Shown here one piece after another: positions 25,488 to 34,560 of a stretch of 34,560 nt of DNA (positions are counted from its first letter, which is position 1; each line of letters starts with the position of its first letter). The DNA lies in the UHGV virus genome UHGV-0119120. The stretch is one strand, 5' to 3'. Under the pieces are notes generated by a model, which saw only the letters and a list, made by a program, of their open reading frames with translations, did not search any database and was not told the DNA's origin. The DNA comes from a virus. A program made the position numbers and the translations under genes.

Positions 25488-26717
25488 TTACACAACCAGC
25501 CTCAAGCCCTTATCGCCGCTGGTCTCCAGTATTTCGCCACACTCTGCGGCCTCGATAAAGTCCCCCCACCATTGCATTAAAACCCGGCGTTTTTCCAGAT
25601 AGTCGCTACGGTTATAAACATTTCGAATCGCATCGGCGCTTTTGTGAGCGAGTGCAGCCTCAATCACATCAGGGTTGAACCCCTCGTCATTTAAAACTGT
25701 AGATGCCAACGCCCTGAACCCATGAGGAACAATCAGCCCTTTAAACGACGTTTTGTGTATCCCGGCCTGAGTCGCACAGCGTGAGATCGGCTTATTTTCT
25801 TTTCGCCATGAGGGGAAAACATAATCGCAGCGCTTCCACTTTTCGGCCTCTTTAAGCACGTTTATAGCCTGGCTCGATAATGGGACTACGTGGGGGCGCT
25901 TTCCTTTCATCCGGCTTGCAGGGATTTGCCAGATTGAGTTATCAAAATCAATCTCATTCCAGAGAGCGCCGCCAGCCTCCGAAGGCCGGACCATCGTAAT
26001 GATCTGAAATAATAATGCCAGCTTTGATGGCTCCCATAAGCTCAACTCGTTCCATGCGCTTAAAAATTCGGGCAACCGCTCTTTCTGTAAAGTCGCTCTT
26101 GGCTCGTTTTTTTCAGCCGGGAATGCTTTACCAATTTTCGATAGCGGGTTGTGCTCAATAACCCCAATGTTTACCGCATAATCCATTATGGCGTTGATGG
26201 TAATAACCATTTTCGTAAGCGTTGATGGCCTTTCCCTGAAAGGTTTAAAAGCCTGAATAGTATCGGCTGCGTTTATTTTATGTACCGTGGTATGCCTAAA
26301 AATCGTGGAAAGATGCTTCAACGTCACATTGTGCGATTCAAGCGTGTTGCTTCTCGCACCTTCTTTAATCTTGATTTTTAGCCATTCATCGGCAACGGCC
26401 TGAAATGACTGCGCGTACATTTTACGCTGTTCATTCCTGGCATCTTTTTTGACTTCGTTCGGATCTATCCCTCGCGCTACCATACGGCGCAGTTTCGAAC
26501 GTTCCTCCCTCGCTTCGGACAAAGTAAACTCCGGGTATCGTCCAATAGTATAGGTTTGTCTCTTCTTCGTTACCGGGTGTACATACCGAAAACGCCATGA
26601 CTTACCGCCCCGGCTTGTGATGTAAAGCAACAAACCGAAACCATCGTGCAAACTGAAATCCTTGCCCTGTGCCTTCGCGCTTTTCACTTCGACGCTAGTT
26701 AGTGGCCTAACAATCAT
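25488..26717 (-). CDS. int: P4-type tyrosine integrase
   Basis: 409 aa; N-terminal ...LHDGFGLLLYITSRGGKSWRFRY is the typical arm-binding (DUF4102-like) signature of P4-family integrases. Confidence 0.75.
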   Translation of the reverse strand: MIVRPLTSVEVKSAKAQGKDFSLHDGFGLLLYITSRGGKSWRFRYVHPVTKKRQTYTIGRYPEFTLSEAREERSKLRRMVARGIDPNEVKKDARNEQRKMYAQSFQAVADEWLKIKIKEGARSNTLESHNVTLKHLSTIFRHTTVHKINAADTIQAFKPFRERPSTLTKMVITINAIMDYAVNIGVIEHNPLSKIGKAFPAEKNEPRATLQKERLPEFLSAWNELSLWEPSKLALLFQIITMVRPSEAGGALWNEIDFDNSIWQIPASRMKGKRPHVVPLSSQAINVLKEAEKWKRCDYVFPSWRKENKPISRCATQAGIHKTSFKGLIVPHGFRALASTVLNDEGFNPDVIEAALAHKSADAIRNVYNRSDYLEKRRVLMQWWGDFIEAAECGEILETSGDKGLRLVV

Positions 26718-26931
26718 TCAACACCTCTCTGGCTACCATGTAATGCAAACGGCGCATGATTCTCTTTCTAGTCCCTCATGTACCGAATCAAAGCGAAATC
26801 CGGCGAATAAATCCGCACATGTTCGGAGTGTCATTTTTATGGTTCAGGCCAGTAACGCCGTATGATTCCGAACGATAACGCACTGATTAATAGATATTAG
26901 TTGCATAAGGTACAGATATGCAGTCATTGGA

Positions 26932-28164
26932 TTATCCTTTGCGGTTAGACCAGAAGTCGGCGTTTTGTTTGTTCAGGGAAGCGATGCTGGTCATGCCCAT
27001 ATTTGGACGTTGTGCATCGCCCGTGGTGCTGCGGGTGTTTCGCCCTTTGGCAATCTCAGACACGGCGTTAAACGCCATATCGACCGATTGCTTGGGCAAT
27101 TTGCGGATATCTGCATCACCGACAACCTGGCGAACCAGTGTTTTGTCAGCGGCGGACAGCACATCACGTTTGAACGCGGTCGGTTTCACCTTACGGCTCA
27201 GATCGATACCCGGAACGATAACTTCGGCACGATAAGCAGCGTCACCGGTAATCGTGGTTTCCTCTTCGTCGTCCTCACCGTCGCCGGTAGGGTCTTTGTT
27301 ATCTTTGCCGTCAGGCTTATCGTCGTTATCGCCCGTTGCAGTACCTTCCAGCTTAGCCAGCAGGGCTTTGAGCAAGGTTTTGATATCGTCCTCGCCGTCG
27401 CCGGTTGGCTCTCCGCCCATTTCCGGCTTTTTGTCCGGCAATGGTTGCTGCGGTGAAAGGTTAATGTTGAGGTTAACGCCGCTCGGCAGATCCCCTTCGT
27501 CACCCGTTACCGCCGCTGGCGCAGAGTCCAGCAGTTCGTTCATGGTGTCAGCGTCACCCGTTTTGATGGCCGTGCGCATGCGGGTCCACCAGCTTTTCTT
27601 TTGATTTGCCATTGTGTCTCTGTCTCCAATTGCACAACGATTTCCGGCTCTGCCTTTAGGGACAAGAGCCACATGGTTTCCGGTGATATCGACCTGCTCG
27701 GCTTTTCCGGGTTCGGTCTGCTCGTACTCAGCGTCATAGCCGCACGACACTTCGCGCAGACCATCTTCGATCAGCTGAATGGCGCTTTCGTCTTTGACGA
27801 TAAGGTCAGCCAGCATCCAATCAGACTGATCACCTGTCCCGCGCCGAACGTTCTGAAGATGCCCGACCGCAAGCTCTTTCCAGTTCTCGGGGTTGACCAG
27901 CCGCACATTCCCGTTTTCATCTTCAGGATGCAGGATCGTGATGCTCATCCCTTCGAATGAGGCGAGCGTGGCCGGATGGAATACCTGCTCAGGAGAACGC
28001 GTGACGACTATTTCACCGAACTTATCGGGTTTCAGTTTTGGCAGGTCATCAGCACCATAGAGCTGCTTACCTGTTCGTCCTATCGGCACGTCTTTGCACA
28101 GCAACGAGCCGTCAGCCAGCTGATAGCGGGTTTCCCCCAGCCGGGTATTGAAAAAATATTTCAT
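26932..28164 (-). CDS. head scaffold/protease-like protein (DUF2213-like)
   Basis: 410 aa with acidic repeat region (GDGEDD...GDGEDDEEE) typical of scaffolding; follows the minor head protein gene. Confidence 0.5.
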   Translation of the reverse strand: MKYFFNTRLGETRYQLADGSLLCKDVPIGRTGKQLYGADDLPKLKPDKFGEIVVTRSPEQVFHPATLASFEGMSITILHPEDENGNVRLVNPENWKELAVGHLQNVRRGTGDQSDWMLADLIVKDESAIQLIEDGLREVSCGYDAEYEQTEPGKAEQVDITGNHVALVPKGRAGNRCAIGDRDTMANQKKSWWTRMRTAIKTGDADTMNELLDSAPAAVTGDEGDLPSGVNLNINLSPQQPLPDKKPEMGGEPTGDGEDDIKTLLKALLAKLEGTATGDNDDKPDGKDNKDPTGDGEDDEEETTITGDAAYRAEVIVPGIDLSRKVKPTAFKRDVLSAADKTLVRQVVGDADIRKLPKQSVDMAFNAVSEIAKGRNTRSTTGDAQRPNMGMTSIASLNKQNADFWSNRKG

Positions 28165-28178
28165 GGTTTACCTGCGAT

Positions 28179-28952
28179 TCAGGCGAGATAAGAATGAGGG
28201 TTGGGGAAGACGATTTCTTTGTAACAGCGGCAGTTCGGGAGCTCGCCAGCGTGACCGGTCATGCCGTCAAGCGTTGGAGGTCGGCCCCATTCGACAAACT
28301 TCCCTTCCATCTCTCGATGAGAATGCCGGACGTCGCCATCTTCGGCTGTACGCCAGATATAACCATTCGAGCCGATTGACAGCGCACGCGCCTGATCCAG
28401 TGCACCGGTTGCGCGCCCAAGCTCAGTCCGGGCGATAAGGTTCGCTCGTGAGCGTGACACGTCACCGGAAGCAGCTATCTCTTTCGCGAATGGCTCAGCG
28501 CGGCCACCAGTTACTACAGCCTCGATGGCCTTGTTCTGAATGTCATACACCCGATCGGCGGCCTCAAGAGGCAGAGATTTGATGTACTTAATTTGCTCGG
28601 CGACGATGGATTTCATCACCTGGCCTACCGGGGCGCGGTCGACCATGTTGCGTAGTTCTGCGCTGATGTTCCGACTGTGCTGACGCCACTGCTTTTCATT
28701 CTGGCGCGCAATGTCGGCGGTGAAGCTCTCAGCAACCTTAGTCGCCCAGGGGGTGATGATTTCGCTGTAGCGCTCCAGCGCATCCATTATTTCGGTGACG
28801 CTATCGTTTGAACCATCGTAGCGACCATTTACGATATCCCCGACCGCCCGCGCTATCTGCCGTAGGCTCGTTCGATATCGGATCTCCGCCTGGCGACTCT
28901 GGCGGTTTGTCGCCAAGTTCGCCGATGCCTGGCGGCGCTTCGTCTTCGGCAT
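28179..28952 (-). CDS. minor head protein (Mu F-like head morphogenesis protein)
   Basis: Position after the portal gene. The listed start overlaps the portal 3' end by about 150 nt, so the true start may be internal (for example the ATG at 28787). Confidence 0.5.
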   Translation of the reverse strand: MPKTKRRQASANLATNRQSRQAEIRYRTSLRQIARAVGDIVNGRYDGSNDSVTEIMDALERYSEIITPWATKVAESFTADIARQNEKQWRQHSRNISAELRNMVDRAPVGQVMKSIVAEQIKYIKSLPLEAADRVYDIQNKAIEAVVTGGRAEPFAKEIAASGDVSRSRANLIARTELGRATGALDQARALSIGSNGYIWRTAEDGDVRHSHREMEGKFVEWGRPPTLDGMTGHAGELPNCRCYKEIVFPNPHSYLA

Positions 28953-30270
28953 TCTCGATATCCTCGTCGGTAATGGATGCCCCGATGCCAGTGACGTCAG
29001 AGTTTTCGCGCAGGTCGGTCATCGCCGCCTTACGCGTCATCAATCCGTCGCCCAGCGCGGTGCTGATCGCGGTGGTGGTGTTTACGGCCACCGTTGAGCG
29101 GTCAACATCAGACATTTGCCATAGCGGGTTAAACTCAAACGTGAAATCGCCCGGCAGCGGCTTTCCGAGTTCCGAGCGGTGCATAATGTCCAGTATCCGG
29201 CGCATCGGCAGCCGTAAGCGGCGCTCCTGCAATGAGCTCACCCGGTCGTAATAGTTGGCGAGGTCTGCATCACCAGTAGAGAAGCCTTTCGGGGATTGAC
29301 CGAACAGGCGTACCAGCGGGATACCAACGGCACCGCTGATCTGCTCAGCAAACTGCGAAAGAATGTCATCCAGACCACTAAAGCTGTACTGGTGGGTTTC
29401 GAACTTATCCCGCGAGTCCATGAGCGTCATACCTTCATTGCTCTGGAACTGGCGGATCAGGTCGATGTTCTTCAGCAACGCTTCGAACGCCGGGCCTCCA
29501 AGCGCGATAAGCTCGCGCAACTTCTCCACGCTATAGGTACGCAGATGCGCTTTATAGACCAGCTGCGCCGCGCCGACAGTAGCGCTATCGAACGCAGTAA
29601 GCCGATCCCAGATACGCTCTACAACCGACATTCCCCATTCGTTTTCGGTCATCTTCTGCTGGAATGGCAGCGTGACGCCATCAAAGCGGATCAGGCGGCT
29701 GTGATGGATGCGCCAGGCCGGAATGCCCGTTGCGGTGGTCACCACGTCGTAAAACTCAGGCTTGCCGAGGTCCGGCCCCATCTCTTTAATGCGGCGTGTC
29801 AGCACCGGGTTAATCATCCAGCGGTCGAGCGGGAGAATGCCCTTAAACTTGCCCTCGCCAATGGTTTCGAGTCGCAGCGGGGTCATTGGTGCTTGCCCCT
29901 CGATCATGATGAAGCCGACCGCGCCGCCGTAGAGGCGCGACCATTTCAGCACGTCGTTCAGCGCATCCCAGATCTGCAACTCATCCAGTTGCGCTTCGAG
30001 GGTGCCACGGTCTTTGGCGTCAATCTCCGAAGTGATGCGAATGCCCTTTCGGGTCATATCGTCCGGGATAGCGTCGACCGCTTCACCGATAACCCACGAA
30101 CCGCGATATGACCATTCCACCAGCATGCGGTTGCGGCTGGTGAAGTTCGCCCGGTAGGTCGATGCTGAATGCTGGTTAGGCGTCTGCATCCCAACGCGGG
30201 CGACGAAGTTCTCGTAGCCGTCAGCGGTGGCCTGTGCAGTTCTCCGCAGGGCTTGTTTGTTTCGTGCCAT
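28801..30270 (-). CDS. portal protein
   Basis: 489 aa ORF immediately downstream of the large terminase (start overlaps its stop), canonical order and size. Confidence 0.65.
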   Translation of the reverse strand: MARNKQALRRTAQATADGYENFVARVGMQTPNQHSASTYRANFTSRNRMLVEWSYRGSWVIGEAVDAIPDDMTRKGIRITSEIDAKDRGTLEAQLDELQIWDALNDVLKWSRLYGGAVGFIMIEGQAPMTPLRLETIGEGKFKGILPLDRWMINPVLTRRIKEMGPDLGKPEFYDVVTTATGIPAWRIHHSRLIRFDGVTLPFQQKMTENEWGMSVVERIWDRLTAFDSATVGAAQLVYKAHLRTYSVEKLRELIALGGPAFEALLKNIDLIRQFQSNEGMTLMDSRDKFETHQYSFSGLDDILSQFAEQISGAVGIPLVRLFGQSPKGFSTGDADLANYYDRVSSLQERRLRLPMRRILDIMHRSELGKPLPGDFTFEFNPLWQMSDVDRSTVAVNTTTAISTALGDGLMTRKAAMTDLRENSDVTGIGASITDEDIENAEDEAPPGIGELGDKPPESPGGDPISNEPTADSAGGRGYRKWSLRWFKR

Positions 30271-31892
30271 CAGGCCTGTCTCCCTAGCAGCTCCCAGATG
30301 TTCAGGGCTGAATTCATTGGCGCGTAGCTGATCATCACCGAGTCGGCAAGGTTTGGCGACCGGGTTCCATCAGGCTGTTTATCAATAACGATTTTTCCCA
30401 CACCATTAATGGAATAGGTCGGCTGCGAAAGCTCGATGATGAGTTTATCTTTGAGTGCCATGCTACTGCTGATTGAGATGATTTCGTCCGGGTTGTAATC
30501 CATACCTTCAACCACGGCGCGCCAGGTATTCTGAAAAAGTTTACGTAACCGCCACCAGCTCTGGGCTTTGGCGTTAGCGAAGAAGTCCTTGTTCAGGCGG
30601 GCGGCCTGTCCGTTGTCCCCGCGAACAGCTTCGTCGTCCGGATCAAATACCGCGCCACTACCTCGAAACGGTGTGGCGAGTATTGACGGTCGGCGCGCAG
30701 CGTTACGCAGTTCGTTGATAGCGCGTGCATCGCCGCGAACGCCAGCGCCCAACCCGTCCTCGTCAAAGCGAAACTCTTCGAGGTTGTCCTGTTCGCAAAA
30801 ACCGAAGACCTTCTCGACGGACTGATAAATGTCGCTGCCCACACCAGACCATTCCCGCACATTTTCCAGGAGGAAGCCATGACGGGTGGAAAAGGCATTT
30901 TTGTCCCTGCCTTCATCAGCGACATCCATCGCGCCAAGTCGTTTGCCTGTTGGCTGGATACCCAGTTTGATATGTGCATCAACGGCAGCCTGTACCCATT
31001 CGGATGGAATCAGGACGCCTTCCGCTGATGCGCTGTAGTTCAGATCAAGTTCCTGTGCCACCACCACCGGATTATCGATTTTCTCGCATTCCCTGCGATA
31101 CCACTCTTCATCCTTGCGAGGATCATCCCGCCAGTGGAATGTGAATACCGGTATCTTCCCGCCATGACGCTTCTGAGCGAACGGGTTAGCCATGCCGTTA
31201 ACTGAACTCAGGTCGATACGGCAACGCGTCGTTTGTGACAACGCCGCATCAATCAGCAGAGGACGCTGAAGGAATGCAGCCTCATCAACCAGATAAAGCG
31301 TGGTACGGTCACCACGACCAATATTATCGCCAGCCTCGCCTTTGATAACGGCACCAGTTTCAGGAAACTCAACACGCATATATGGCGCGTGCTTCTTCTC
31401 GCTCCACGAACCGCGAAACTCTACAGGTAGCGTTTCCACGAACTTGCGTGCCTTCCAGAACAATGCTTTCGGGTCACCAGTGCTGTCGACGTATTCCTCT
31501 TTACGGGAGCCGAAACCGATAACCATTTCTTTGTTGAAGAGACAAAGCGAGCAGGCCAGTCCGATCGCGGTCCAACTGAGCCCCATTTCACGGGATTTTT
31601 CGGTAATACCATTCTCCCGATTGCCCCAGCGTTCCATAATCCAGTGGATCCACTCCTCCTGCTTAGGGAAGAGTAAAAACGGAATGGTCACCGGCAGGCC
31701 ATAATCAATATTACGCGGGTCCGTTGTCATGCCCCAGTCGATGATGAACTGAGCCGGGTTGGTTCGGTAAAACTGTTTTAGTGCTGGCAATATTTCAGGG
31801 TTCTGGCGAATGCGCTGTAAGCGTTCCATCCGCCATTCAAAAACCATCTGGTAATCAGGATGTTTAAAATCGAAGGGAAATGGTAACGGCAT
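30270..31892 (-). CDS. terL: terminase large subunit
   Basis: 540 aa; Walker B-like LYLVDEAAF; follows the small terminase gene with a 2-nt gap. Confidence 0.75.
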   Translation of the reverse strand: MPLPFPFDFKHPDYQMVFEWRMERLQRIRQNPEILPALKQFYRTNPAQFIIDWGMTTDPRNIDYGLPVTIPFLLFPKQEEWIHWIMERWGNRENGITEKSREMGLSWTAIGLACSLCLFNKEMVIGFGSRKEEYVDSTGDPKALFWKARKFVETLPVEFRGSWSEKKHAPYMRVEFPETGAVIKGEAGDNIGRGDRTTLYLVDEAAFLQRPLLIDAALSQTTRCRIDLSSVNGMANPFAQKRHGGKIPVFTFHWRDDPRKDEEWYRRECEKIDNPVVVAQELDLNYSASAEGVLIPSEWVQAAVDAHIKLGIQPTGKRLGAMDVADEGRDKNAFSTRHGFLLENVREWSGVGSDIYQSVEKVFGFCEQDNLEEFRFDEDGLGAGVRGDARAINELRNAARRPSILATPFRGSGAVFDPDDEAVRGDNGQAARLNKDFFANAKAQSWWRLRKLFQNTWRAVVEGMDYNPDEIISISSSMALKDKLIIELSQPTYSINGVGKIVIDKQPDGTRSPNLADSVMISYAPMNSALNIWELLGRQA

Positions 31893-31894
31893 AC

Positions 31895-32446
31895 TTAGCC
31901 CATCATTTTTTTATACGCTTCTGCAGCCTGCTCCGGCGTTAAGTTGGTAATTTCTGTTCTGACTGGTCCTCCGTCAGCACCAGTCACTTCATTTTTGACA
32001 TTGTCTTTAAACGCCTGAACAGAAACATGACGCCCGAGCAACTCAAGGTTTTTAACCTTATCAGGCCATTTGATTTTCTTCAGAAGTGCGGCGCTATCTG
32101 CGGATACTATCTCCACGACATCCATTCCTGATAGCGTTGTGCGCCATACCTTAGGCCAGTCTTTAATGGGCTTTAGCTCACCGTTTTGCAGGAGAATGTC
32201 GAGCACATCCATCTGGTCGATTTCAATAAGGCGATTAAGTACATATTCTGCATTAATACCAACAAGATCATTGCGTTGCGCTTTCAGTTCGGCGATTCTG
32301 AATTGTATGTCAGGTTTTGACAGGTTTTCGGATGCGGTACGGTTAGCTGTCTTTGCGCTGTACCCCGCCCGAATAGCCGCTTGTGTGGCGTTTAAATCGA
32401 TGAGGTACTCGCGACAGAACATCTCTTGTTTGTCGGTGAGTGCCAT
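31895..32446 (-). CDS. terS: terminase small subunit
   Basis: 183 aa; N-terminal [34 protein letters not shown]... matches the Terminase_2-type HTH N-terminus. Confidence 0.7.
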   Translation of the reverse strand: MALTDKQEMFCREYLIDLNATQAAIRAGYSAKTANRTASENLSKPDIQFRIAELKAQRNDLVGINAEYVLNRLIEIDQMDVLDILLQNGELKPIKDWPKVWRTTLSGMDVVEIVSADSAALLKKIKWPDKVKNLELLGRHVSVQAFKDNVKNEVTGADGGPVRTEITNLTPEQAAEAYKKMMG

Positions 32447-32470
32447 AGTTTTCTCTAGAGGATTTCTTTA

Positions 32471-32707
32471 ATGAACTCAAAGCAAATTTTTTACCGAAAT
32501 ACAGGTCATGATAATGAAACTTATATATTCCTGGACAAATTGGACAATGGCTCCTACCAAGTCAGGGCTGGTCATTCGTCACCTGTGAGCCATTTTGAAT
32601 GGGAGGGTGATGAAACCATTCAGACAGTGGAAGAGTTTCTAGGTTCTAACCCATCATATACTGAACGTGTTCATCAACTAATTTCTGAGTTTGAAGCAGA
32701 ATCGTAA
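32471..32707 (+). CDS. hypothetical small protein on the opposite strand (moron candidate)
   Basis: 78 aa plus-strand ORF with AGAGGA RBS 9 nt upstream of ATG; AT-rich; the only convincing plus-strand gene in the window. Confidence 0.35.
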   Translation: MNSKQIFYRNTGHDNETYIFLDKLDNGSYQVRAGHSSPVSHFEWEGDETIQTVEEFLGSNPSYTERVHQLISEFEAES

Positions 32708-33129
32708 TCACCACCCAAGCGACTCAACTGATATCTAGTTCATCATTACTAGGACTAAAAGTAGATTCCTGACATTGAGGGACCTCTTTATCCGCTTGTG
32801 GGGATATCAGTTAAGTTATCCCGTGTAGGGTATAAGCCATTGTCGAGACCACTCATTGAATGGTCTCTGCAATAACCGATGTCTTTCCATCAGTCCGCCA
32901 CCACAAAGAATCTTTTTTGCCATAAGGCTGGAGGTTCATCTTTCAGTGGCTGCCAGTGTTATTTCCCCACTTACTGGCTTGGGTTGTTTCGCTGTACTGC
33001 CGTTAACTGGTGGCGCACAGATTTAGTTAAATCCGTTCTCGCATGATCCAGCTTTTACATACCTGGATTGTGAGGGATGTAAATCACGGTTTCATTATCA
33101 AGCCCACCAGTAGATGGGCTTTGGAATGG

Positions 33130-33648
33130 TCACTTTGGCAGTCCGGGGATCGATATTTGCGCCTGCTGCTCAAGCCTTTCGATTCTTGCTATGAGTTGCG
33201 GTTTTTTGATCCTGCCCCAGCGGTTCAGCAAGCGTCCTGACATACTGGCAACATCCTTTTCCTTCATGAACTCCAGCATTAACTCGTTGTGCTCTCTTTG
33301 GTATGAGTGAGCCAACTCCATCAGCCTGTCACGCATCCAATTAAATGCTTTGATAAACGCCTCTTTGATGGCGGCAGCTTTTTTGCCGGTAAACGACATG
33401 ATGATGTACATCGCGCCGTCTTTGGAAATTTCATATTCAACATACTGATTACCCTTGTGTTCATAGGTAACCCGCGAAAAGTTGCTGGTTAGAAATTCAT
33501 CCGAACAGTCTAGCTTTTCGATTTTCTGAATGATGTGGTGATGCTGCTTGTCGAAGTAAGCTGCTACCTTGCGGGAGGTTGTGATCACGCGATCACCAGA
33601 AACAACCACCATGTCCCGGAAATCTAGATTAGCCAATTGATGATTCAT
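33130..33648 (-). CDS. Rha-family phage regulatory protein
   Basis: Likely start MNHQLANLDFRDMVVVSGDRVITTSRKVAAYFDKQHHHIIQKI..., typical of the Rha N-terminal domain. Confidence 0.55.
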   Translation of the reverse strand: MNHQLANLDFRDMVVVSGDRVITTSRKVAAYFDKQHHHIIQKIEKLDCSDEFLTSNFSRVTYEHKGNQYVEYEISKDGAMYIIMSFTGKKAAAIKEAFIKAFNWMRDRLMELAHSYQREHNELMLEFMKEKDVASMSGRLLNRWGRIKKPQLIARIERLEQQAQISIPGLPK

Positions 33649-33846
33649 AGCGTCTTTACCTTTTAGAAAGTGAGCCTGTCTCACAGAAAAGCCGCCCGAG
33701 AGAGGTCGCCACCTATAACGGCATTTCTCAGGCTCGCTTACTGAAAGGCTCTCGTTAATATGCGCGTGAGATGCGCGTTTACTGCGGACATAAAAAAGCC
33801 CCGCATCGCGAGGCTCATTAAATGGACTTTGTGATTTGCAAAAAAA

Positions 33847-34308
33847 TTATTTCAGGCACTGAGTCCTGATGTACTCCTGCAGGTAGTTAACCTGCGCGGT
33901 TATCTTGTCGATTCCACTTCGGAGACGGTAATAATTGAGTTCAGCATCTGCTGTAAGTCCTGGGCTTTCTCCATCGCCCATGCTGCTGGCTCCGGTCGTT
34001 GACTTTGCACAGGTGGCGGCGACTTGCAGGCGCTTACGACCAGCAGAAACATCAGCACGGAGACTTTCGATAGTCGCGTTAGCATCAGCAAGCTCCTTTG
34101 TATATCTGGCATCGAGTTCTGCTACGTCACGTTGACGCTTCTGCATATCAGAGATCGTCGCCATAGCCGAATCTAATGCCATAGCGTTTTCGTCGCGCTG
34201 TTTTTTGTATTCAATGGCTTTATTGTGGTAATGATTAGCTGACCAGACGAGAGAACCGAATAAAGTCAGGAGAAAAGCAGAAATAACCAGCTTATAGCGA
34301 AGTTTCAT
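33847..34308 (-). CDS. Rz: Rz i-spanin
   Basis: Likely start MKLRYKLVISAFLLTLFGSLVWSANHYH...; the NHY..NAI.YK.QRD...TDMQ.RQRDVA.LDA.YTKELADA pattern follows lambda Rz as recalled. Confidence 0.7.
   Translation of the reverse strand: MKLRYKLVISAFLLTLFGSLVWSANHYHNKAIEYKKQRDENAMALDSAMATISDMQKRQRDVAELDARYTKELADANATIESLRADVSAGRKRLQVAATCAKSTTGASSMGDGESPGLTADAELNYYRLRSGIDKITAQVNYLQEYIRTQCLK
33900..34085 (-). CDS. Rz1: Rz1 o-spanin lipoprotein, embedded in Rz in another frame
   Basis: MLTRLSKVSVLMFLLVVSAC lipoprotein signal followed by Pro-rich KSPPPVQSQRPEPAAWAM..., entirely inside Rz. Confidence 0.6.
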   Translation of the reverse strand: MLTRLSKVSVLMFLLVVSACKSPPPVQSQRPEPAAWAMEKAQDLQQMLNSIITVSEVESTR

Positions 34309-34560
34309 TAACCACCCCGCCAGCTTCTTTGAATTTGGCAATCAGACTATCGATCTTGTGTTCATACTGACCGTAGCCAGCACCGGGCAATGAAGCCCAA
34401 ATATTGCTGCAACGGTCGATTGCTTGACGAATATTGCCACGGTCAATCATCGGTAAAGCGCCACGCTCCTTAATCTGCTGCAGTGCCACCGCATCCTGGC
34501 TTTTTGGAGAGAAGTCTTTCAGGCCAAGCTGCTTGCGGTAGGCATCCCACCAACGGGAAA
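34292..34560 (-). CDS. R: endolysin, lambda R-like lytic transglycosylase, 3' part (5' end beyond window)
   Basis: In-window translation ...SRWWDAYRKQLGLKDFSPKSQDAVALQQIKERGALPMIDRGNIRQAIDRCSNIWASLPGAGYGQYEHKIDSLIAKFKEAGG... is near-identical to the C-terminus of lambda R as recalled. Confidence 0.8.
   Translation of the reverse strand, partial: SRWWDAYRKQLGLKDFSPKSQDAVALQQIKERGALPMIDRGNIRQAIDRCSNIWASLPGAGYGQYEHKIDSLIAKFKEAGGVVNETSL

Larger units (their letters stand above)
14367..26931 (-). mobile_element. putative integrative satellite/PICI-like island inserted between the scaffold and head genes
   Basis: P4-type integrase at the right edge, then AlpA-like regulator, cargo lipoprotein, second recombinase, primase-helicase, iteron origin and accessory genes, all on the same strand. 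It separates head genes that are normally adjacent. Boundaries are inferred from gene content; att repeats are not confirmed. Confidence 0.5.

Noticed and set aside
29296-30111. Plus-strand 271 aa ORF
   Set aside because: Lies entirely antisense within the portal gene; GC-rich shadow ORF.

Overview
The window is almost entirely minus-strand phage DNA and reads as a temperate enterobacterial-type prophage late region, interrupted by what looks like a ~12.5 kb integrative island. No database search was possible; all protein calls rest on motifs I could read in the translations and recalled family signatures. Reading right to left (direction of transcription): 3' end of a lambda R-like endolysin, Rz with embedded Rz1, a Rha-like regulator, small and large terminase, portal, Mu F-like minor head protein and a DUF2213-like scaffold/protease (26932-34560). 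Then the putative island (about 14367-26931): P4-type integrase, AlpA-like regulator, a gene-poor repeat-rich stretch, an AT-rich lipoprotein gene, a second tyrosine recombinase inside a translationally coupled operon ending in a Toprim primase-helicase, an iteron-type origin, and an accessory module that includes a standalone FtsH-like (HEAGH) protease domain protein and a DUF5681-like protein. Left of the island the morphogenesis genes resume in canonical order: head protein, major capsid, neck proteins, sheath, tube, chaperone with a -1 frameshift site, tape measure with a lytic transglycosylase domain, and a Mu-like baseplate (hub, spike, gp46/47/48-like) ending in the 5' part of a tail fibre gene. 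An AT-rich three-gene moron with its own terminator sits inside the baseplate module. No rRNA, tRNA or CRISPR array was seen. The most interesting hypothesis is that a satellite/PICI-like element is integrated inside its potential helper's head operon and carries a protease-domain-only FtsH paralog.
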